From Trypethelium eluteriae (Eukaryota), in contig JAVECL010000099.1 of the NCBI GenBank assembly GCA_051942245.1, forward strand, positions 1 to 54,220: a stretch of 54,220 nt of DNA, read 5' to 3'. The position numbers were made by a program, and so were the translations under genes. A model generated the notes under the pieces. It did not search any database. It saw only the letters and a list, made by a program, of their open reading frames with translations, and had not been told where the DNA came from. Of this stretch, positions 45,083-54,220 are shown in pieces (position 1 is the first letter of the stretch; each line of letters opens with the position of its first letter).

Positions 45083-45131
45083 AAACGGTAAACGGGAAAC
45101 GGTAAACGGGAAACGGAAAACGGGAAACAGG
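45083..45131. repeat. Heptamer minisatellite (AAACGGD), seven copies
   Basis: aaacggt aaacggg aaacggt aaacggg aaacgga aaacggg aaacagg. Confidence 0.9.
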
Positions 45132-45505
45132 AACTGGTTCTCAGATGCGCTCAGCCAGGCACGTGATCACGGCACGACGATCTCGATTTAGAATCCGCCT
45201 GTATGACATCCAGGGTTATGTCGCTGCGGCACGTAAGTTCGCCTGGAAGGACTGGAAATCGTTTAAATCGCAGGTAGGGGAAGACTGCAAGGTTGTGGCA
45301 CAGTGAATACTCTCTAATTGATGGAACCGGTGCGCTGAAGTCCTCAAGAAGTAGGTATTGCAGGCGTCTAGAGTACCAGTAGTGGCTGTGAATCTATATG
45401 GCCAGAAGGCTCCAAAGATATTCAAGGGACCAATAGGAGTCCATGGGCCTGAAGTTTGACCGTGGTAGGGCCACTGAAGGAATAGCATCTTACCGAAAAG
45501 TAATC

Positions 45506-45869
45506 TTACCTAGTGTGCACTCGGTGCCTAGCACTCGACACCTGCGTCACTGCTTTGTCACTTGATGAGTCAGAGCTCTCTCTACTGTTTGAGAAGAAGT
45601 TCCTGAGGTTGCTGGCGAGAACGCGTCTGAAGGTAGACTCTGTCGAGTTCGACGATATTTCAGAAGCACTGCTGCGCAATGAATACGACAGAATGTTGTC
45701 AGAGCGGCCACTTGTGTCTTCTTTCGATGCCAGCAGACCATCTGGAGCTATCAGTCATTATGTATATCAGTTGTTAATGACTCAATTCGAGATGCGACGA
45801 GTTACTCAGTTTAGTGCTAGCGCGGCTTGTCTGGATATCATCATCACGTTCTGAAATGTACCCATCCAT
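45506..45869 (-). CDS. Possible small orphan Ser-rich gene
   Basis: ATG 45869 (MDGYISERDDD..), a candidate GTAACT..CTGAT..TAG intron, then an open frame PDGLLASKEDTSG...HRVHTR*. No recognisable domain. Confidence 0.2.
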
Positions 45870-47079
45870 GATAAACCCTACGATAAAGGTGAAATGCCTT
45901 GTTCACGAGTTGACAGTCAGCGAAAACGAAAAGTACACACCCAAATTCAATTTCTCTATTACGATTAGTTACTAAGTATAGTATGTACTGCTAACATTGT
46001 ATTAAGTACCTTCTAACTGTGTAATATTGTTGTATCTATTTATAGTAAACCACTCATCTACTGGTTTACGCTGTGAAGTTATTATAATAAAACAAGGATT
46101 GTAAAAAAAAAAAAGCGTATCTTTCGAATGCACTTTCTGCGAACAGTAAAGTAGGAATACAGTTTCAGAGCCTCAGAAAGAGAGGATATAGCTCATTTTA
46201 TACCCAAACTATATTTTGAATGACTCATACAATTCCAATTTGAACAAGACTTGCATATTAGGTTTCGTGTTAACAGCCAATGGAATTCCGAGTCTAGCCA
46301 TTGAACTCCACCTTCCTGCATAAGCGACCCTCCTCAGCATTAAGCATTTTGTGGGAGGCCTCCAATCTTGTCTTTTCCCGTAATAGTGCTCATGCTGGGC
46401 CGTTTGATTTATCATACTATTTAAGCAAGAGGCATCCCCTGCATAAAGCTAGAATGTTCAAAAGACTAAAAAGGCTCCGCAATCTCATCAGTAGATATTG
46501 TCTGTTTCATTGTTCTCAAAGCAGACTCAAGCACAGCAGTCTACCTTAGTCTAACACTTCTAGCTATCAACCGCCAAGACCCGAGCAACATGTGGGTTAA
46601 TCAGCCGCAGACGCTCCTCTTCATACATCTTCTAAGAGCCGAGTTTCTTCTTAATGTGTGTTATGATGAGTTTCAAATTAGCATTGGTAATGGAGTGACC
46701 TACTTCACGAGCAGGATCAGTCTCGCATCGTCAATGAGCCCAAGTGATCCCAGGAATATTACGTAGGAGTTACTTTCACGAGGGATGGAGTTGTCTCGTC
46801 AAATGCCCATGCAGCAGAGGATGTGCTTGTAATCAGACGTGGGATATCCTATGCAATGAGTATGATGAAAGCAAATTCGTGGGGGTTTGGTAATTCTATC
46901 ATCTATTTGGTAAGACAACTCCCAATGAGTATAGATAATGGTCAAGAATGCCCACAGCTCGATTGAAGTTTGCTGCAGTACTGTCTATACAGACTTATCT
47001 AGGCCCGAAGGAAAGATCAGGATTAGACGCCCGCTAGAGAAACGAATATGTTCATTAGTGTGTAGTCCTCTCCTGGCAT

Positions 47080-47661
47080 CTACTTCTTCTTAGGAAACTT
47101 TGGCTCTCCGATCTTTTCACCACGAAGGATGACGTTAAGAACTCGCTCCATCGTGCTCAGCACCTTCTGATCGGGAGCAGCCGTTCCACGTTCCATGTCC
47201 GCAACCACTGTCGGAGTCGTGTTACATTTAGTCGCGAGGTCCTTCTGCGTCATTGTAGTTCCCTTGTCATTCTTGGAATTTGCTCGTGCTGTCTTGATTG
47301 CATCTCCGACCTTGTTGCCAACTGTCTTTGGCTTGACGATTTCGTCGCTGCGATCAACCTTCGTCAGGTGCTGACCTTCGACTGAGGGCCCAGACTATAG
47401 CAGTAGGCATCAGTCTATATTCTAGAATCTTGACTTGTAGGCGGACAGAATCCAGGGGCGTGGGGGGTAGGTACTTCATCGCGAAAGGGAAGAACTCACA
47501 GCATTGCTACTTTGAAATTTTTTCTCAGTAGCCACGACACCACCACTCCGTTGGGCTGCATTCAAGGCAGAAGTGCCTTTGACGACTTTTTCTCGAGCTG
47601 CACCACCTGCGCCTCGAGTTTTGCTTCCGATCTTCGTGACGCTGTCCCACTCTTCAGACAT
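47080..47661 (-). CDS. MBF1: Multiprotein-bridging factor 1
   Basis: [26 protein letters not shown]; intron 47395-47499; [68 protein letters not shown]. Confidence 0.95.
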
Positions 47662-48721
47662 GATGTACAGTGGCTTTAAGTGGGGGTGGGGAGAGAATCG
47701 ATCCAAATCTGTTATGGAGGACGAAATTGTCAAGACAATGGGTTCTTATGCGTAGAATTCGGCGCAGAGAGAATGTTAAGTGAGATTGAGAGGTGAAAGC
47801 CGGTGATTGACAGAAGAATAAGAGCCCAGGCTTGACCTGCGTGGCTCAGTGAGTGTGTCATAGGTGAAGGTCCGTGCTCCAGTGTTCTTTCTTAGCCTGC
47901 CACGCCTGCCACGCTGCCTTTGCATTTCCTCACCGGCCCTAATGAACTTCGGCGCCACATGCACCTTCCCAGATGTCCATCCCTCGCCTGCTCGTGGTTA
48001 TCGACTTCTTTGCTACAACATGGCTATCTGTCGAAATTGCGCAGAAGCCCCCAAACGTAAAGACTTAATTTTTATTGACTTTGAAGCCATTCAACCACAA
48101 TATGCGATCAGCGTGTGCGACATTATTCAGGCTGTTATCACCACTACGCTTATGACTATCAAAGATGTGCGTTGGCTCCTGCAGGCGGAGCGTGCGAACG
48201 CAGCGGTCTCTAGAAAGCGGTGCATACGCGTATGTAGTCCCGTGGGGAGGGGCCTATGAAAGAGATATCGATTTCATCGAGGTTGTGGATGGAGAGAAGA
48301 CACTGAGGTGCATTAGCTGCCTTGATGCTTGAGAGGCTGTGGATGTGGCAGTGCAAGGTTGAGAGCTCGCGTGGCGTCCAGTCGTGAGACCGCGCAAATC
48401 TGAGCAGGTGCATTCGCACCCTGCAAAATGGGCTCGGCCTTGACAATTAGAGAGGGTTATAGTTCTCAGCGAGTCCCATGAGGGGAGCCTGTTCTCCCGA
48501 TCGACGTTGGCTCATTTGGACATTCTACTCCATTGCTCTTTCTCGACAAAGGGACAAGGCTGACTGAAGACGGTGAGCTGAACATTGGTGCACGCAATCA
48601 GGCAGTTACAGAGGCGGGACTTTGTCATCGTTATCCTCGGATTCTTCTACAGATTTTCTGCTGGATTTTTGAACCTCACGTGGCTACTACATTTACCTAG
48701 GTACACACAGTTCGTCGAAAC

Positions 48722-51487
48722 ATGGTAGTACCATTTGGAATATCCATCGGTGATTTCATTGCCGTTGGGCAATTGGCCTTTGAGATTGCGGCTGCCTTGA
48801 GCGACTGCAGAGGCGCGACTGCAGAGTACAAGTCTTTGATCAAGCTTCTCAAGTCCCTCAAAACCTCAATAAGCCTCATCAGCAACTTTGTCTCGAATCC
48901 ATCCCTCTGCATGACGTCGAACGTTGATCAAGCTTTCATCAATGGCCTCTCCTTCCACGCTGGATGTTGCCACAGGCTCTTGAGCCAGTTTATGGTATGT
49001 CTTATCTCTTCGCAAAGTACTCTCTTAGCTTATATTCTGTTGGTGACGGTTGAACGTTACAGGTGGATTCCAGCAAGTATACTGACAGGATGATTAATGG
49101 CCGAGGAAACCGGGTACAGACAGCGTTTCGAAAAGTGAAGTGGTCACTATACAGTGCCGAAGATGCCCGGAAACTTGAACAGTGACTGAGTTCACATCTG
49201 GAAGCATTTGACAGATACCTTCTGGCTGTTGACATGTGCGTATGCGGCACTCGAGAAAGAGTACAGATCAGACGCTGACACTTAGTTCAAACAAAGCCAA
49301 TTAGGAGCAAAATCTACTGATAGGCTAGAGAGACAAATTGGTCAGATTTCGTATACTTTGACTGAGATTGTCAAATCTGTCCGGACGACACAGCTTAATT
49401 TGCCAAAGGCACTTGGGTCTCCTTGGGAAGGCGACGCTCCTTCTTCCTATGTGCGTTTCGATGATGCGCTAGGCCGCTCTACGATTCTACCGGCCGTCCT
49501 TTGTCGTACTTTCAACACATTTCAGGATACTCTGAAGATAATGTTCTCCGACCATCCAGGATTTGAAAAGATAACCAAGGGAGAGTTTGAGATCATTGAC
49601 GAGACTAACAGCCGCACAATCTTTCAAGGACTCACTCGTACATCAAACCGCTATCACCAGTCTCTAGTTGAAGCAGGGATCAAGCCAGGAACTACAATCT
49701 CAATGAATATCCTGAGCCTAAGAACACTAAATGCACCAAACGAGTTTTTGGTCTCTCCCATTCGAATCACCGAGTATTGTCCCAATTGCGGCCACCACAC
49801 TTTGGGTCGAAAGCTCAGAAAATGGTAAGATTAAATTTTGTCAAAGATTGCTTGATGTGTACCAATTTTGTCTTTGTGCAAACTATTTTAGCATTTGTTC
49901 AATTTTAGAACTGGTCGCTGCTCATGCTTCTCCTAGCCTGAACTGCAACTTGAGCTTTCGAAAGACAATTCTAGAAAGTGCCATGGAAAAGCCAAACGCG
50001 ACAGAACTTGGCCATTGGCGATACACTGCCTTCTCACCAAATTTTAAAAATACATCATTACTCAGTCCCGACGGGGCTTCTGCTCAATATGCGACGGACG
50101 GGCCTGCAGCGAGTGTCGGGCTAGCTTCACTATCAGGCGATGTCGAGACAGAAAGGAGGATTTTCCGGCGTGTTCATCACGTTACCGAATATTTAGTGCC
50201 TTGTGCACATGGCGCATATTGGTTCGGCAAGTCGAGGCTCCCGCTAATCCAAGCCGTTGGCCAGAGAAATTATCAGTGGTCCGCGATCTGCTTCTTCATA
50301 CAGACACGGATCCAAATTGTCGAAGTTTCGAAGGCTGCACAGTTCTACAACAGGCATGCTCCATTATTGATGGAGATCCGATAGCCATTGTCGAGCTTTT
50401 GATTGCGAATGGTGCCGATGTCAATGCGAACGCCGGATTTGGCTATTCCATGACGGCTTTGCAGGCAGCTTGCGAGGCCGGAAACGAGAAAATCATAGAC
50501 ATTTTACTCCAGGAAGGCGCCGAAATCAATGCTGATGGTGGAGGACTCATTGGAAAAAGCGCTCTTGCAGCAGCATCAGGGGCAGGGCACTTTGGAATAG
50601 TCAAGAAACTCCTCGACCTTGGCGCGGATATTAATCAACTCGGACATAAAGTATATGGATACACTGCATTATCAGCTGCCGTTGAACAGGGAGATTTCGA
50701 CCTGGTTGATTATCTTGTCCAAAGAGGCGCTGGGGTTCAAGCAAAACACGGTTTTATGGCCCTGAAAAGCGCAATATCTAGGGACCGTGTTGATGTGACC
50801 AGTCGTTTGCTTAAGCTTGGCGCCAACGTCAACGCTGAAGTGGATGGCGAAGCTCCCGTTCATGTCGTTTGTTCTGTAGAGATGTTGAATCTCCTTGTCG
50901 CTCACGGAGCGCAAGTGAATCGACCAAGTTTCCACCCATACGGCTGTACGGCATTACAGGGAGCCGCAAAACACGGTAATTTGGATCTTGTCAAGGAGCT
51001 TATACGTTTGGGATCGGACATTCATGCACCTGGACCTGAAATCCGCGGTCGAACAGCACTCCAATCAGCTGCCTCTGCATATCCCGACGGGCTGCCGATA
51101 ATCAAGCTATTGATCGATGAGTATGGGGCGGATGTGAATGAGGCTAGGTCTTCCGAAGAGGGATACACAAGCCTAGAAGCAGCATGCCACTTAACAGCTA
51201 CCTGGTACGCGGACACCCAGGACCTGAGCTTAGTCGAATTTTTGCTGGAATGAGGCGCCAAGGTCACTCCATTTACAGTACACGTGGCTGCCGCCTTTGA
51301 CCATGCTGCGTTAGTTCGTCTTCTGCTACGGAACGGCGCGCGCATTGAGGAACCTTCTGACATTGGGATTGTCTTAGAACCATGGGGCGAAGAGCGAGAT
51401 TTCGGCTCGACCGTCATCGAAACCGCGCAATTGAATAGCAAACAGGAACTTGTGACGATGTTAAAGGCTTGGGTTGATTCAACATAA
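48722..51487 (+). pseudogene. Disabled HeLo-like/STAND-N + ubiquitin-like + Cys-knuckle + ankyrin-repeat gene
   Basis: N-terminus MVVPFGISIGDFIAVGQLA; introns 48995-49062, about 49236-49296 and about 49825-49890. In-frame TGA at 49183, a frameshift near 50270 inside the first ankyrin repeat, and a second TGA at 51251. Multiple TALQAA..G..IV.LLL..GADVN repeats follow. Confidence 0.82.
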
Positions 51488-51703
51488 ACGATACAGAATT
51501 TCCACACATTTAGCCTCATTTCCGATCCTAAAGGTCTTTGGCAGCCAATCAACTAATCCAACTGACCCAAGCCGCTCCATAGGGTCTCATGCGTTTGCCA
51601 CATATCGGTATCACTTCGCGGATCCTAATCGAGCTCGTTAGAGACCTTCTCCATTTGGATATTCGGATCAGTCCAACCACTCTATCGAGAAGGAGCTCTT
51701 CAA

Positions 51704-52165
51704 TTACCCGACAACGGCGAGCGGGCTTCGTACAGGAACACTAGTCCCACGGCACGGGGTAGGAAATCCCGCAATCTTGGTGTTTATACGGAAGAGCATG
51801 CACTGCATTGAGCCCCCGACTTGGAATATGCCCGTCTCATCGTCGATCTTCACATACTAGCCTTTCTTCACAGTAACCTCACAAGTTGAGACTTCACCCA
51901 TGGCGACGATGAAAGCCATGAGACCAATTGCAGGATTATCGGCTTCGATGAAGATAACCGACCGCGTTGCGAGATAGGAGAGGTACCCCTAGCCCGTGCT
52001 CAGACTATAGCCGTCAACCTCGTGCGTATCAGGGTCACCTAGGCCTTCGAAGAGTGGTCCGAACAAGTACGTCTCATCTTTGACGAAAGCTTTCACAATC
52101 TTTCCACTTAGTAGGGCGTATTAGCGGTAATAGCTCAAGGCAGACGGGAACGGCTAGTAGATAGT
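51704..52165 (-). pseudogene. Fragment of a phosphatidylserine decarboxylase / PsiD-like gene with RIP-type mutations
   Basis: One frame reads TIY*PFPSALSYYR*YALLSGKIVKAFVKDETYLFGPLFEGLGDP..G*GYLSYLATRSVIFIEADNPAIGLMAFIVAMGEVSTCEVTVKKG*YVKIDDETGIFQVGGSMQCMLFR..VPVRSPLAVVG*. This matches the recalled family pattern TIYQAFLSALSYHRWHAPVSG..ATRAIIFIEADNP.IGL..EVSTC..GMFHFGGST. It has four internal stops and no 5' half. Confidence 0.85.
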
Positions 52166-53220
52166 CGGGCGTTTCTGCCAAGCCGTATAGGGTCTTTCTG
52201 CACTCTGCTCACTGCTTCTCGCGCTCGACTTCTTCCAACTCTCACTGACCAGTGTCCCCGTTCTCCTTGGTTCTCCTCATCGCCGACAACTGCTCCATCG
52301 GCCATCGTCCCTCCCAAGTATTCAATCTTGCTGCAAGATCTCCACCACGAGGAAACCCATGTTGGACAATTGAAATGGCACCAGCTGCTGACAATCAAGC
52401 GAAGCGAGCCATAGTGAGACGCCGCGCCAGTGACACAAAATGCTGGAAGCAATCTGACTTCAATGATGCCACCGGAGCCTACCTCACATTCGCTGGACTT
52501 CCGAAATCTGATTAATAGCATGGCGTACACAGTGAACCTCTCCAAGACCCATCACTCCAGCAGACATCCTTTGTGATCGAGTAGAATTTACCATAAATTC
52601 TTAATACTTTCGTTTGTAGTTTGCCGAGTCCGCTTAACTCGGTGGTCCGTGTAGTCTTCAAGGACCTCAGCAAAGCAAGATTGCACAGATTTGAGATTCA
52701 TGCTATCCGACGGGAGGCTGCCTTGGTGCCTTGGTGCCTTGGTCTTTCATTAAGGTATGACCGAATCCTGAATGCGATGACGCATGTGCCTTAACCCCCG
52801 CCACCCCACATGCGATGCGTTTCCACCTCCCACCCTCATCTAGGCTACCAAGACTTGGAACGAATGGGCGAACATTTACGTAGCCCACTGCAGGCCAGAT
52901 CGAAAAGGATCGACACAAGTAAAACGCCTACGAGGTGGCGCATACAGTGAGTGGCTGATGCCGGCCACATTCTTTAGGTTGACCCTATCTTGCATCGATC
53001 GAGCCAAGAATGACACCAGACGTCATCCGGCTTGATCATCTGCAAATCCGGATGTGACCTATGCAATTCGGGCCTGCAAGCACTTGATATACCTTGCTGC
53101 TAGTCTTGGTTATTGCATTAATCTTTCCATCATTTTACTCACTTCAAATACTGAGCAAACATTGGTATTACTACGAAACTTGAAGAGCTTTGAAGAATTA
53201 TAAAAATTAGGATACCAACC

Positions 53221-53872
53221 ATGGCCGACAAAAACCAAGTGCCCGAGGGCAACGACAAAACTAAGGCCATCTACGATAATCTGCCGCAAGAGCACAAGGA
53301 GAAGCAAACCTACCAAGAATGGCTGACTGAAATGTACCACAAGCAATACGAGAACTGGATGCCTTGGATTGAAGACCAGTATCTAAAGTGGTTCGGCAAG
53401 GGCGACAACAAAGCTTCCTACGCCACCAGAGGTAAGATTTTACGTGAATCCGTATCCTTCTAATCCTCCCAAGCTCTTCTCCGGCGATTCTGAACTTATT
53501 TGGTTCTCCCGCCAACATGATTCTCCAGATACTCTCGACAAAACCAAAGTCACCGGCGTCCCCCAAGTCGACAAGCTTCAAGGTGACGTCAATAACCTCG
53601 TCGCCGGCCAGCTTGGCAAGGGCGGACTTGCTCAACCCATAGGCGACATGGCCTCCAAGGAAGGTATCAATCGCGCGGAACGAGGCGGTAAGGACGATCA
53701 GGGTAACTATGTTGAGGGTCCCGCCGGCACTGTTGCGAATCCAGTAGCCCAAGGCGCGAGTTCGGCAGGCGGAATGTTGAGTGGAGCAGGCAACAGTGCG
53801 ATGTCAGGAGCGAAGAGCGCAGGTGGATACGTTGGCAGTTTCATGGGTGGGAATAAGGAGGAGCAGAAATGA
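53221..53872 (+). CDS. Small hydrophilic Gly-rich conserved fungal protein (possibly stress/LEA-like)
   Basis: Two exons joined by intron 53432-53528 (GTAAGA..CAG): WMPWIEDQYLKWFGKGDNKASYATR/DTLDKTKVTGVPQVDKLQGDVNNLVAGQLGKGG..SKEGINRAERGGKDD. Confidence 0.8.
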
Positions 53873-54041
53873 GATACTCCGTCTATGCTTGAAACAAGTC
53901 TTCGAAAGAGATGATTAATCCGGTAATGCTTAGGTTGATACCTGGGAGCTGTTGGCTTAGACTGCGTTTCGTTACCTTTGATTTGAACACTGCTTTCCTT
54001 GTATTAGCGTATTATACAATTAACATATACCCCTTGTTGAC

Positions 54042-54220
54042 TCATGCAAAACCCAGCGCGATCCAACTCGCTTCTGCTGCATATAATGTCGAGTCATCCC
54101 ACGTATCCAAATGCCACCGAAATCCTTCTCTCGTGATTTCCGTCGCATACGCCTTGATCCTCAGATCCGCATTTCCAGCCATATCCAGCATCTTTAACGC
54201 TATCAGAACCGTTGGTTTCT
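54042..54220 (-). CDS. C-terminus of an H-type lectin domain protein (5'-partial)
   Basis: Not in the ORF track. It reads KPTVLIALKMLDMAGNADLRIKAYATEITREGFRWHLDTWDDSTLYAAEASWIALGFA*, matching the H-lectin pattern P.V..AL..LD.....LRI..A..IT..GF..HLDTW.D..LY.A..SWIA. Confidence 0.75.
   Translation of the reverse strand, partial: KPTVLIALKMLDMAGNADLRIKAYATEITREGFRWHLDTWDDSTLYAAEASWIALGFA

Noticed and set aside
45083..45131. Repeat array as a CRISPR-like or telomeric element
   Set aside because: 7-nt units with no spacers, a eukaryotic context, and no TTAGGG match.
49183..51253. Stop-codon readthrough or sexual-stage A-to-I editing rescuing the TGA codons of the ankyrin gene
   Set aside because: Editing would give Trp where Arg fits better (LLE-R-GAKV), and an independent frameshift near 50270 would still break the gene.
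51857..52156. TAG codons in the decarboxylase fragment as editing sites or a recoded genetic code
   Set aside because: They fall at Gln positions amid other C>T changes, the 5' half of the gene is missing, and other genes in the window use TAG as a normal stop.

Overview
Gene-dense, intron-containing region of a filamentous ascomycete (Pezizomycotina; inferred from short GT-AG introns with CTRAY branch points and from the protein families). About 20 intact genes can be spliced by hand. Housekeeping genes include AP-2 alpha adaptin, MBF1, mitoribosomal mL50, a TACC/Slk19-like coiled-coil protein, a PLP-binding YggS/PROSC protein, an MFS monocarboxylate-type transporter and a C2H2 transcription factor. 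Accessory-type genes include an NB-ARC-TPR NLR-like receptor, a single-domain O6-alkylguanine alkyltransferase, a divergent DPP III, a DHH/RecJ-like phosphoesterase, an EthA-like Baeyer-Villiger monooxygenase, a spliced CxC metallothionein and an H-type lectin. Several features are missed or fragmented by the ORF track. These are a RIP-scarred phosphatidylserine-decarboxylase/PsiD-like gene fragment (51.7-52.2 kb), a disabled HeLo-like + ubiquitin-like + ankyrin gene (48.7-51.5 kb), an unidentified coding relic (10.8-11.7 kb), three stop-free in-frame introns and recurring C-rich-then-G-rich skew domains. No tRNA, rRNA, CRISPR array or intact transposon was recognised. Family assignments come from motif recognition by eye, not from database searches. 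I found no clearly novel multi-gene system; the best leads are listed as findings.
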